Shown here in pieces: positions 1 through 8,505 of a DNA stretch of 64,000 nucleotides; position 1 is the first letter of the stretch; the number at the start of each line of letters is the position of its first letter. Under the pieces are notes generated by a model. The model worked only from the letters and a program-made list of their open reading frames with translations. It did no database searches and had not been told where the DNA came from. Source of the stretch: an archaeon (lineage in GTDB: Archaea > Iainarchaeota > Iainarchaeia > Iainarchaeales > JAAZKV01). The stretch is from contig JBAYJX010000003.1 in assembly GCA_041664905.1 (NCBI GenBank), positions 537 through 64,536 of the forward strand. Direction: 5' to 3'. Both the position numbers and the translations under genes were made by a program.

Positions 1-26
1 TGACCATACCTAACAATCACAATATC

Positions 27-761
27 TTGTTTTTCCATACCTTCACAATTAATTTTTATATGGGTGTAGTTATAAATTTTGTTATGCGTGTTCCTGTAAA
101 GTTCTCAGCAATTCGTGCCGCTAAACTTAGTAGGGTTGGAAATAGGGCAAATGGGGTAACTCGTAGGTTAAAAAGTTCTGCTAATTCAATTGATTCTCTT
201 GTTTATTCTGTTGGTGATGAAGTTTTGAAAAGACTTCCTGTGCGGGCTTCAACTAATTCTGCAAAGAAGCACGAATTAAGCAAATCCCTGTCAAGAAAAG
301 CTGCAGATTCTTTTAAAGGTGTAGAACTTTCGCCTCTTCATTGTCTTGAGCGATGTAATCTTGCGCTTGGTTTGCTGCGTAAGTTAAAAGTTCCTGCGTG
401 GCTTGCTCGTCAGGTTTATTTAGACACTTCAAGTTATGATTTTAGACTTCATGATTATGTTGAGTTTTTTTCTGAAGGAAAAGTAAAAACTCTTGTTTTT
501 GGTTATTCTCCTGAAGGAAGAGACTATAATCACATTTTTCCTTTTGCTGCCAACAAAATCCATCCTGATGGGGGCATTGGTTCTGTTGTTTTTAGGGGGG
601 TTGATGGAAGTCAGATTGCGGGGGTAGTTGATTCAAAAAAATTGAGAATTTTTTTAATAAATCCAATAAATAGTAAACAAGCAACGAAGGATCGTAAAAG
701 AATTGAACTTATGGTTAAACATGGTGTAATTCCAAAAGAAGCGTTGTCCCAAATTAAATAG
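27..761 (+). CDS. hypothetical protein with Arg/Lys-rich N-terminal region (start uncertain; ATG candidates at 60 and 84)
   Basis: Long ORF with no motif I recognise. N-terminus 'MRVPVKFSAIRAAKLSRVGNRANGVTRRLK' is strongly basic. Confidence 0.4.
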   Translation: MFFHTFTINFYMGVVINFVMRVPVKFSAIRAAKLSRVGNRANGVTRRLKSSANSIDSLVYSVGDEVLKRLPVRASTNSAKKHELSKSLSRKAADSFKGVELSPLHCLERCNLALGLLRKLKVPAWLARQVYLDTSSYDFRLHDYVEFFSEGKVKTLVFGYSPEGRDYNHIFPFAANKIHPDGGIGSVVFRGVDGSQIAGVVDSKKLRIFLINPINSKQATKDRKRIELMVKHGVIPKEALSQIK

Positions 762-839
762 TAAGTTATTTTGGTTTTTTGTCAAAAAACCTCTTTTTAG
801 AAGCTTTATAAAGTTTTTCACGAGTGGAATATATGTGGT

Positions 840-912
840 GGGCCCGTAGCTCAGTCGGTAGAGCACTGGACTTTTAATCCAGGTGTCTAGGGTTCGATTC
901 CCTACGGGCTCG
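840..912 (+). tRNA. tRNA-Lys(UUU)
   Basis: Hand-folded cloverleaf: acceptor GGGCCCG/CGGGCTC, anticodon stem CTGGA/TCCAG, loop CTTTTAA, T-arm TAGGG-TTCGATT-CCCTA. No encoded CCA. Confidence 0.9.
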
Positions 913-941
913 CTCATTATCTTTTTTTATTTTTTGTTTTT

Positions 942-1051
942 GGGAATGCGCTATCAAACAATGTTTGATGGACGCCCACGCAAACCTATTGGTTTGCTAG
1001 GGCAACACCTTTAGTGAAAGGGGTTGCGAGTTAGTTGTCTACGGGCTCGCT
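942..1051 (+). repeat. tRNA-Lys-linked structured element, copy 1 (possible ncRNA or miniature integrated element)
   Basis: 110 nt, near-identical to 1852..1960. Four predicted hairpins. Its last 13 nt (1039..1051, ctacgggctcgct) repeat the tRNA 3' end at 902..914. T-runs on both sides. Confidence 0.6.
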
Positions 1052-1100
1052 TTTGTTCTTAAGAAAGTTTTATATCTAAGAAAGTTCTTTTAGTAGATTT

Positions 1101-1712
1101 ATGCCAGTTTTAATTAATTTCAAAATTTGTGATAATGCTTCTGAATGTAATGGTGCAGCGATTTGTCATACTCATGCAATTAGCTGGGATGAAAAAAATA
1201 AAACTCTTGTTATTGATAATTCTAAGTGTATTTCTTGTGGTAAGTGTGTACCTACTTGTATGGTTGATGCAATTAAAGTTGCTAAAACTCAAACAAAATT
1301 TGAGAAAATAAAAAAAGAATTTGATAAAGATAAGCGAAAGATTTCTGATTTGTTTGTTGATAGGTACGGTGCGCAAGCCTTGCATCGAGCATTTATAATT
1401 AATGAAGCTAAGTTTGATATTGAAGTTGAAAAATATCCTCGTTTGGTTGTAGCTGAATTATTTAATGATCAGTCAATAGTTTGTTTATATTGTTCTATTC
1501 CAATTAAGGATTTGTTTCCTAAGATGGACATTAAGTATAGGAAAGTTGCCATCTCGGATAACTTTCTTCTTGATAAGTTTGGTGTAAAGACGCTTCCAGC
1601 GTTAGTGTTTTTCAATGATGGAAAGTTTTTAGGTAAAGTTGAAGGGGCTTTTCCTCCTGAAAAGCAGAGTGAGCTTTCTAGTCTTATTTCTAAAATCTTG
1701 AAGAAAAAGTAG
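1101..1712 (+). CDS. 4Fe-4S ferredoxin domain fused to a thioredoxin-like domain
   Basis: N-terminal 'CISCGKCVPTC' (CxxCxxCxxxC) plus additional Cys residues. C-terminal thioredoxin-like pattern with 'CLYC' and 'LPALVFFNDGKFLGKVEG'. Confidence 0.6.
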   Translation: MPVLINFKICDNASECNGAAICHTHAISWDEKNKTLVIDNSKCISCGKCVPTCMVDAIKVAKTQTKFEKIKKEFDKDKRKISDLFVDRYGAQALHRAFIINEAKFDIEVEKYPRLVVAELFNDQSIVCLYCSIPIKDLFPKMDIKYRKVAISDNFLLDKFGVKTLPALVFFNDGKFLGKVEGAFPPEKQSELSSLISKILKKK

Positions 1713-1758
1713 TTTCCCTAACGCTTTTAAATTCTCTTTTTGCATTATTCTATTAAGT

Positions 1759-1831
1759 GGGCCCGTAGCTCAGTCGGTAGAGCACCAGACTCTTAATCTG
1801 GGTGTCTAGGGTTCGATTCCCTACGGGCTCG
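1759..1831 (+). tRNA. tRNA-Lys(CUU)
   Basis: Acceptor, D-arm and T-arm identical to the tRNA at 840..912. Anticodon stem CCAGA/TCTGG, loop CTCTTAA. Confidence 0.9.
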
Positions 1832-1851
1832 CTTTTTTTGTTTTTATTTTT

Positions 1852-1960
1852 GGGAATGCGCTATCAAACAATGTTTGATGGACGCCCACGCAAACCTATT
1901 GGTTTGCTAGGGCAATACCTTTATGAAAGGGATTGCGGGTTAGTTATCTACGGGCTCGCT
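1852..1960 (+). repeat. tRNA-Lys-linked structured element, copy 2
   Basis: 109 nt. The first 64 nt are identical to copy 1; five differences lie in hairpins 3 and 4. Ends (1948..1960) with the same 13-nt tRNA 3'-end repeat found at 1821..1833. Confidence 0.6.
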
Positions 1961-2043
1961 TTTTTTGTTATAAATTTTATCTTCTTTTTTGTGCTTTTGG
2001 GCGATATTAAAAAGCTTTTCATACCAATTTTTATTATTAGCCA

Positions 2044-2117
2044 GGGATTGTAGCTCAGCCTGGGAGAGCACAACGCTGAAGACGTTGGTGTCGCGAGTTC
2101 AAATCTCGCCAATCCCA
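2044..2117 (+). tRNA. tRNA-Phe(GAA)
   Basis: Acceptor GGGATTG/CAATCCC, anticodon stem CAACG/CGTTG, loop CTGAAGA, T-arm GCGAG-TTCAAAT-CTCGC. Confidence 0.9.
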
Positions 2118-2227
2118 TTTTTTCTAATTTTTTTAATTCAAAGACGCAAAATCCTGGACATATTTTCCTTTTCACCACCTTGTGAAAAGATTTATAATCC
2201 ACAATCACCTATATTTGTTTGATTTTT

Positions 2228-2962
2228 ATGAATCGTGTTAAGACTGGTATTTTTGGTTTTGATGAATTAGTTGAGGGTGGCTTGCCTGAGGGTAGAAGTT
2301 TTTTAATTTCAGGTGGTACTGGTACAGGTAAAACAATTTTTGCTACTCAGTTTTTAATTAATGGTGCAAAAGCAGGTGAGCCAGGAGTTTATTTGACTCT
2401 TGATGAAAGACCTGAATTAATTAGAGAGGATATGTTAAGATTTGGTTGGAACTTGCGTCAACTTGAAGACGCTAATATGATTAAAATTGTTGATGGAACA
2501 ATGGCAAAGTTAGGTATTCCTAGTGATGAAGAATTTTCTCTTCCAGCAACAGGATTTGATTTAGATAAATTGCTTTTGGAGTTAATGCGTGCTATAAAGA
2601 AAATTAAAGCAAAAAGAGTTGTTCTTGATTCAATTCCTGCTTTGGGTTTGAATTTTGAAAATGAGCATGAAATAAGAAAAGCTGTTCTAAAAGTTGTTTA
2701 TTTGTTAGCAAGAGCAGGAGTAACAACTGTTTTTACTACTGAAATTAATGAGGATTCAAAGCAGTTAGGTAAGTATGGTGTTGAAGAGTATGTTGCTGAT
2801 GGAGTAATTGTTCTTCATTATATGGGTATTGGTACTCAGAGTAATAGAACTTTGCATATTAGAAAGATGCGTGCAACAAAGCATAGTGAAGATTTGCACC
2901 CAATTCAAATTACTGAAACCGGGATTAAGGTTCACAAAGTTGAAGATGACTATAATCTTTAA
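2228..2962 (+). CDS. single-domain KaiC-like RecA-superfamily ATPase
   Basis: 'GIFGFDELVEGGLPEGRSFLISGGTGTGKTIFATQF' (Walker A) and overall KaiC/RadA-like pattern. ATG at 2228 chosen over the upstream TTG. Confidence 0.75.
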   Translation: MNRVKTGIFGFDELVEGGLPEGRSFLISGGTGTGKTIFATQFLINGAKAGEPGVYLTLDERPELIREDMLRFGWNLRQLEDANMIKIVDGTMAKLGIPSDEEFSLPATGFDLDKLLLELMRAIKKIKAKRVVLDSIPALGLNFENEHEIRKAVLKVVYLLARAGVTTVFTTEINEDSKQLGKYGVEEYVADGVIVLHYMGIGTQSNRTLHIRKMRATKHSEDLHPIQITETGIKVHKVEDDYNL

Positions 2963-2984
2963 TTTTTAATTAAAAAATAGTTTT

Positions 2985-3011
2985 GCAAAAGACAATTATG
3001 TTGTCCTTTGC
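2985..3011. terminator. hairpin between convergent genes, flanked by a T-run
   Basis: gcaaaagaca..tgtcctttgc forms an imperfect 10-bp stem and is followed by 'attttttta'. It sits between the + gene ending at 2962 and the - gene ending at 3023. Confidence 0.4.
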
Positions 3012-3022
3012 ATTTTTTTATT

Positions 3023-4213
3023 TTACTTTTTCTTTTTTAGAACAAATTTCCAAACAATAATTCCTACAATTACTAAAACAACAAGTATTAGTGTCATGTT
3101 TGGTCCTTCTGTTGTAGTTGTATCTGCTTTAATTGGGAGTTGTATTGTTTTTGTTTTTATTACAGCATCCGAATCTTGGTATTCTATAACAACATCTATT
3201 GTGTAGTCTGTGCCTGTGCTAAAAGTTATTCCTGTTTTAACTGTGTCCACATCGTTTGGGCCAAGCGAGCCAATGAATTGTTTTGGTTTGTCTACTACTC
3301 CGTTTGGTGTTTTAATTTCAACTACTGTAAACTCAGCTTTTCCTAGTCCCTTGTTATATATTTCTATAGTAATTTCTGCTTTTTGTCCATTTGCAACAGT
3401 TCCTGTTTTGTCTTTTAGAGTTGCATCAATGTCAACTAGTGCAAATACTTTGAGTCCAACATAGGATGTATCAGTGGTTCTTGTTCCTGAAGCATTTCTG
3501 TATGAAACTGCTACTGGTAGAGTATAATTTTTTATTGTTGCTGTATTTGTAACGCTAACTTTGAGTGTTACTTGTTTTTGTTCTCCTGGGTTTATGCTTG
3601 AAACATAAGCTGTTGCTGCGCCTAAGGGAGTAATATCTCTTTCAACAACTGTTCCTGTTGCGGTTATTGTTCTGTCTTCTTTTATTTCAAGCACAACATC
3701 GTAGGCTGGGCTTGTTCCCACATTTTGTAATGTAAATGAAATTTCTTTTTCTTGTCCGGGTAATAGTTTTTCACTTGTTGTTGAAACAACTTTTATTGTT
3801 GGTTCTTTTCCACCTACAATAATTGGGAATTGTTCTTTTATGCCAGTAGTGTTTCCAGTTGTACTAATCGTTACTGGTAAATAGTATGTTTTGTTTTCTG
3901 CAGCAGGATCAACATAAACCGTGAATTGAACTAGCGCTTTTCCAAATGATTCTATGGTTCCTACTGTTGCTGGATTTAGTTGTGTATCAGTTGGTTTAAT
4001 TGTAAAGGGGTAAGTGTTTTCGAGTTGTACTTTAACTCCTGTTTGTGATGTAGAGTCTTTGTTTTCGAGTTGTACAAGTACGGTGATTGTTGTTCCTGGT
4101 ACTGCCGGGCTTGGGGTATAATTAACTTGAGTTATTTCTGGTAGGGTCGCAAAAGCCGTGCTTACAATCATCACAAATATAAATAATATAATTCCCATTT
4201 GTTTTATTTTCAT
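3023..4213 (-). CDS. surface/S-layer-like protein with repeated beta-sandwich (CARDB/COG1361-like) domains, N-terminal signal anchor and C-terminal TM
   Basis: N-terminal hydrophobic segment. Repeated Thr/Val-rich segments such as 'PGTTITVLVQLENKDS' and 'PGQEKEISFTLQNVGTSPAYDV'. C-terminal 'LILVVLVIVGIIVWKFVLKKKK'. Confidence 0.55.
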   Translation of the reverse strand: MKIKQMGIILFIFVMIVSTAFATLPEITQVNYTPSPAVPGTTITVLVQLENKDSTSQTGVKVQLENTYPFTIKPTDTQLNPATVGTIESFGKALVQFTVYVDPAAENKTYYLPVTISTTGNTTGIKEQFPIIVGGKEPTIKVVSTTSEKLLPGQEKEISFTLQNVGTSPAYDVVLEIKEDRTITATGTVVERDITPLGAATAYVSSINPGEQKQVTLKVSVTNTATIKNYTLPVAVSYRNASGTRTTDTSYVGLKVFALVDIDATLKDKTGTVANGQKAEITIEIYNKGLGKAEFTVVEIKTPNGVVDKPKQFIGSLGPNDVDTVKTGITFSTGTDYTIDVVIEYQDSDAVIKTKTIQLPIKADTTTTEGPNMTLILVVLVIVGIIVWKFVLKKKK

Positions 4214-4284
4214 TAGAACCACACCCTTGGAAGATTTTGGCAAGAAAGCATTTAAATAGCTTATTTTTCTTTGCTCTCGCCTTT

Positions 4285-6060
4285 TTAGATTCTTTCTGCC
4301 GCTTGAACAGAGGGTATTTCTTCAATTTTTTCTAATAATCTCTCAAGTTTTGCAACTCCGTTAATCTCTATTCCAAATATTGCTTCAGCATACCCATTTT
4401 TTTTGATTTTGAAATTTGTGTTAATCAGTGTTGCTCCTGATTTTTTTATTTCAGTTAGTATTTCGGATAGTATTCCTGGTCTATCAATTGCTTTTACTCT
4501 AATTTCAGTTTTTCCTTTTTCTCTTTCAAATCCTATGCTGATTAATTTGTCTTTGCTTATTTTTTTTATGTTTGGGCAAGTAGTTTTGTGTACAATTATT
4601 TTTCTTTTTGTAGTTTTTACCCCTATTACATCTTCTCCTGGTAAGGGGTGGCAGCACTCAGCCATTTTAATTTTTTTCAAAGCCCCTATTTGTGGTGCTT
4701 TTTCTTTTTTTTGCATATTTACTTTTAATCCGAAATAAGTTTTGATTTTTTGTTTTGCTTTGTCAGTAACAACAAACCCTAACCAAGTTTTTTTGAGTTG
4801 TGGTTTTTCTGCCACAATTATTTCTACTTGGTCTAAGTTGTTTAGTTTTGTTTCTAGTGGGGCAAAATTTCCATTTACTCTTGCTTTTTCCATTTTCTTT
4901 CCAATATCTGTGTGTACAGCATATGCAAAATCAATTACACTTGCGCCTATGGGGAGCGATATCACATCGTGTTTTGGAGTAAAAACAAATATTCGTCGTC
5001 CTACACTTTTTTTGCCAAACACTTCTTTTCCTAGGGATTTTTGCCATTCAATTAATTGTCTTTCCCAACCTAATTCTTTTTCGAATTCTTTGTCTTTTTG
5101 AATTTGTTTATAATTCCAATAAGTTTCTCCTTCAATTCTTAAATGGTGTTCCCAAGTCCTTATTTGGATTTCAATAACCTCGTTTCCTCGTCTTACTGCT
5201 GTGTGTATGCTTTTGTATCCTGTATTTTTTGGTTTTGAAATATAATCATCAAATGCTTCTGGAATTATTTCATATTTTGAGTGAATGTACCCTAGTGTTT
5301 CATAGCATTCTTTTTCTTTGTTACAAATTATTCTTATTCCATAAATATCATTCATTTTTGAGAATGGGGTTTTTTTAAGTTTTTCAAAAATTGATTTAAA
5401 GTTTTTTGGTCTTCCCGTAACTTTTACTTGAATTTTTCCAACTAATAGGGATTCAATTTCTTTTTGTACGGTTTCTACAAGTGCTTCTCTTTCTATTCTT
5501 GTTTTGTTTACTAATTTTTTTACTTTCTCAAACCCGGCGGGATTTAGAACTCTAAAACTGTAATCTTGTATTTTCCAAGCGGATTCACCCAGTCCAAGTT
5601 TTGTTGCAAGGGGATAATAAATTTCTTCTGCTTTTTTCGCATAATTATCTTCAGAAATAAATTTTTCTTTGTTGTATAATGCATCAGCAATTTCGGCAGT
5701 TTTTATTATTATGGGCTGAAAAGTTTGGGATATGGATAATATTATTGAAGTTAGGGTCTCACTTGGTAGTTTACCAAAGTTTCTTTCTATGATGTCTTCT
5801 ATTTGTTTTATTGTTTTAACATTTTGTGTTGTTGTTTCTCCAAATAATTGGGTAATTTCATTTTCATTAATTAAATTATTGGGGAGTTCTTTTAGGATTG
5901 TGGCATTTATTGCTTCAATTGGCAAATTTTTTTCAAATAGTTCTTCGGCGACTCGTTTGTTTCTTTCAAAATTAGTTTGTCCTGTTTTTTCTTTTAAATA
6001 ATTTGTGGCATTAGTAATTGTTTTAATTTTTTCCTTGGCATTAACTTCACTAGTAACCAT
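4285..6060 (-). CDS. RelA/SpoT homolog: (p)ppGpp synthetase domain + TGS + ACT, with a degenerate His-free N-terminal region
   Basis: Synthetase motifs 'GRPKNFKSIFEKL', 'DIYGIRIIC', 'DYISKPKNTGYKSIHT', 'EIQIRTWEHH'. TGS-like 'IFVFTPKHDVISLPIGASVIDFAYAVH'. ACT-like C-terminus. Confidence 0.8.
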   Translation of the reverse strand: MVTSEVNAKEKIKTITNATNYLKEKTGQTNFERNKRVAEELFEKNLPIEAINATILKELPNNLINENEITQLFGETTTQNVKTIKQIEDIIERNFGKLPSETLTSIILSISQTFQPIIIKTAEIADALYNKEKFISEDNYAKKAEEIYYPLATKLGLGESAWKIQDYSFRVLNPAGFEKVKKLVNKTRIEREALVETVQKEIESLLVGKIQVKVTGRPKNFKSIFEKLKKTPFSKMNDIYGIRIICNKEKECYETLGYIHSKYEIIPEAFDDYISKPKNTGYKSIHTAVRRGNEVIEIQIRTWEHHLRIEGETYWNYKQIQKDKEFEKELGWERQLIEWQKSLGKEVFGKKSVGRRIFVFTPKHDVISLPIGASVIDFAYAVHTDIGKKMEKARVNGNFAPLETKLNNLDQVEIIVAEKPQLKKTWLGFVVTDKAKQKIKTYFGLKVNMQKKEKAPQIGALKKIKMAECCHPLPGEDVIGVKTTKRKIIVHKTTCPNIKKISKDKLISIGFEREKGKTEIRVKAIDRPGILSEILTEIKKSGATLINTNFKIKKNGYAEAIFGIEINGVAKLERLLEKIEEIPSVQAAERI

Positions 6061-6109
6061 AAATATAGGTGTGTTGCGTTGTTTTTATAAATGATTTTTT
6101 TATTTACTT

Positions 6110-7375
6110 TTAAGTTCCTTCGTGCCAGCTGTTCAAGTACTCAAGTTGTTCTGCTGTTAAAGTGTCAATTTCTACTCCTACTGCAGTTAATTGTAGTTTT
6201 GCGATTTCGTCATCTATTTCTTCAGGTAGTGTAATTACAGTTGCTTTTAATTTGCCTCTGTTTTTTGCAACAAATTCAGCAGCTAGTGCTTGTCCGCAAA
6301 AGGATGTTGCCATTACTTCGCTTGGGTGTCCTTCGGCAAGTGCAAGGTTTACAAGTCTACAATTTCCTAAGGTAATAATCTTTTTCCCATTTTTTAGTGT
6401 GAATTCTTCTACTAGCGGTCTAATTTCTTTTACATTAACAGAATTTTCTTGTATTGCTTTGTAATCAATTTCTATATCAAAGTGTCCTGAGTTTGCTAAG
6501 ATTGCATAGCTTTTCATTTGGTTAACATGTTCCATTCTAATTACATGTTTGTCTCCAGTAACAGTAATAAAAATATCTCCTTCTTTTGATGCTTCACTCA
6601 TTGGCATTACTCTAAATCCATCTAGTTTTGCTTGTAATGCTTTGAAATGGTTTACTTCTGTAACAATTACGTTTGAACCCATTCCTCTTGCTCGTAAGCT
6701 TACTCCTTTTCCGCATGATCCGTATCCGAGTACAACAACAGTTTTTCCCGCTAGTAAAATATTAGTTCCTCGAACAATTCCATCAAGTGTGCTTTGTCCA
6801 GTCCCATAATAATTGTCAAGTAGGTGTTTTGTTTTGTTGTCATTCACGGCAATAACTGGTACTTTTAGTGCGTTGTCTTTTTCCATTGCTTTTAATCGAA
6901 TTATTCCGGTGGTAGTTTCTTCAGCTCCTGCAATTAATTCTTTTAATATATCTGGGTGTCTTTCGTGTATTTCGCTTAGTAAATCGCATCCATCATCAAG
7001 TGTGTAATTTGGTTTTGTTTCTATTACTTTGTTTAAGTATTTGTAGTAATCTTCTTTTGTTTCTCCTTTGTATGCCCAAATTTTTACTCCTTCAGTTGCA
7101 AGTGCTGCCGCGACATCATCTTGTGTGCTTAAGGGGTTGCATGCGCATATTGCAACTTTTGCTCCGCCTGCAATTAGTGTTCTAACAAGTACTGCTGTTT
7201 CTTTTGTGGGGTGTAGTGCGATTCCAATGTTCATTCCAACAAGTGGTTTTTCTTTAGCAAATCTTTCTCTAACTTTAAGTAGCGCTCCCATTTGTGTTTC
7301 TGCCCAAGCAATGTTTTTCATTCCTTGTTCGGCTAGTTTAATATTTTTTACTTCAAAATTTGCGCTTGTATCCAT
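6110..7375 (-). CDS. ahcY: S-adenosyl-L-homocysteine hydrolase
   Basis: Full-length match to the AhcY pattern ('EETTTG', 'GYGSCGKG' NAD site, 'NSGHFDIEID'). Confidence 0.9.
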   Translation of the reverse strand: MDTSANFEVKNIKLAEQGMKNIAWAETQMGALLKVRERFAKEKPLVGMNIGIALHPTKETAVLVRTLIAGGAKVAICACNPLSTQDDVAAALATEGVKIWAYKGETKEDYYKYLNKVIETKPNYTLDDGCDLLSEIHERHPDILKELIAGAEETTTGIIRLKAMEKDNALKVPVIAVNDNKTKHLLDNYYGTGQSTLDGIVRGTNILLAGKTVVVLGYGSCGKGVSLRARGMGSNVIVTEVNHFKALQAKLDGFRVMPMSEASKEGDIFITVTGDKHVIRMEHVNQMKSYAILANSGHFDIEIDYKAIQENSVNVKEIRPLVEEFTLKNGKKIITLGNCRLVNLALAEGHPSEVMATSFCGQALAAEFVAKNRGKLKATVITLPEEIDDEIAKLQLTAVGVEIDTLTAEQLEYLNSWHEGT

Positions 7376-7522
7376 TTTAATCCCCTTTTATTATTTATTT
7401 TATTTTAACAGTATTTTATAAATCCTGCCTTTTCGTCAAATGTCTTGTGTTGTGTTTTGTCAGTTCTTTTTTTAAACTCGTTGAAGTATTTTTATTAGAT
7501 AAGTTGTGATTGGTGGTGTTTT

Positions 7523-7837
7523 ATGGTTGTATTTGAAAAATTTCCTAATGTAAAATTAGTTAAATTTCCTGAGCTTGATGAAGTTGACTTGGGGGTTATT
7601 CAGAATTCTCTTGCTCATTTTTTAGCAAAAGTTGGGGGGGATGCAAGTTTGCAGCTCTCTCTTAAGGAATATGCCAAGGGTGGGCTTAAGGCTCAACATG
7701 AAGTGCACGGGAAAGTTAGTATTAGCGGAAAGACTTTTTTTGCTGAGCATGAAACTTGGCAACTTTTAGAATCAGTTCAAAGTGTTTTAAAGAAACTTGA
7801 GAAAGAAGTTGCAAAAGAAGAAGGAAAGAAAAAGTAG
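7523..7837 (+). CDS. small protein, possibly with an HPF/YfiA (S30AE)-like fold
   Basis: About 100 aa. The beta-alpha-beta-beta-beta-alpha spacing and 'ISGKTFFAEHETWQLLESVQSVLKKLEKEV' resemble the hibernation-factor C-terminal helix. Weak, judged by eye. Confidence 0.3.
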   Translation: MVVFEKFPNVKLVKFPELDEVDLGVIQNSLAHFLAKVGGDASLQLSLKEYAKGGLKAQHEVHGKVSISGKTFFAEHETWQLLESVQSVLKKLEKEVAKEEGKKK

Positions 7838-7840
7838 TGT

Positions 7841-8026
7841 TTACTTTTTCTTTTTTGCCTTTTTTTTAGGTTTTGCTTTTTTAATTTTTGCTACTTTTTT
7901 AGCTGGTTTTGCAGCTTGTTTCTTTGTAGGTTTAGCAATAATTCCCGTTTCTTCTTGTTCTTTTTTTAGTTCTTCTCTCATTTGTTCGATTAAGTCTTTT
8001 ACTGACATTTTTTTTTCAAAAACCAT
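7841..8026 (-). CDS. small Lys/Ala/Pro-rich basic protein (H1-like tail)
   Basis: 'AKPTKKQAAKPAKKVAKIKKAKPKKKAKKKK'. A TATA-like tttatatataaaa lies upstream on the minus strand. Confidence 0.4.
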   Translation of the reverse strand: MVFEKKMSVKDLIEQMREELKKEQEETGIIAKPTKKQAAKPAKKVAKIKKAKPKKKAKKKK

Positions 8027-8211
8027 TTTTTAACACCGATTTTGTGCTAGAACATAGGCCTTTTTTATATATAAACTTTCCCTCTAAAAGTTAACTTAAA
8101 CATAATTTTTGTTAAAATTGGGTTTATTTGAAAAATAAGTGGTTTAAAACACTAGTTTATGTATAAGTTTTTTGTTAAAAAAGGTGCTTTTTTCTCTTTT
8201 GTTGACAAAAA

Positions 8212-8478
8212 TGGACACGCTAAGCAATGGATTTCTAGTTTGTGCGAGCATTTCATCTTGCTAGCTCCACTCCGTTTCCCTTCAGCGTATTATACTAAAA
8301 TTACCGTTGCTGCATTCCTGCCCTGGCGGGGTTCGTTTTAGAGCAATACCTGTAAGGACAGAGCTTCGACGCCAGTAAAATGGTGCTTGCATAAACATCA
8401 AAACCTCTCACCTAGCTTCGACCCCAACATAAAGCGGATTTTTGGTTACAAGCCACCGCTAGCGGCCCGGTCTAGTCC
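8212..8478 (-). ncRNA. signal recognition particle RNA (archaeal 7S RNA)
   Basis: GC-rich island. The minus strand reads GGACTAGACCGGGCCGCTAGCGGTGGCTTGTAACC (Alu-domain UGUAAC) and CCGCCAGGGCAGGAATGCAGCAACGGTAA (helix-8 pattern). Ends GCGTGTCC followed by a T-run. Confidence 0.85.
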
Positions 8479-8505
8479 AATATATTTCTTATTCAAAAAG
8501 CTTAA

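Noticed and set aside
942-1051. Idea that the tRNA-Lys-linked element is a 3' half of a split tRNA, or a tRNA pseudogene.
   Set aside because: It shares only the last 13 nt with the tRNA (3 nt of the T-stem plus the acceptor 3' strand and two flanking nt). Its 5' end (GGGAATG) cannot pair with CGGGCTC. No D, anticodon or T arms can be drawn.
654-2222. ORFs 654..917(-), 1802..2053(+), 1948..2208(-) and 1989..2222(+).
   Set aside because: They run through tRNA-Lys and tRNA-Phe genes and the tRNA-linked repeat elements, and have no coding signal.
8159-8341. 60-aa + strand ORF.
   Set aside because: It overlaps the GC-rich SRP RNA gene on the minus strand, and the RNA motifs explain the region better.
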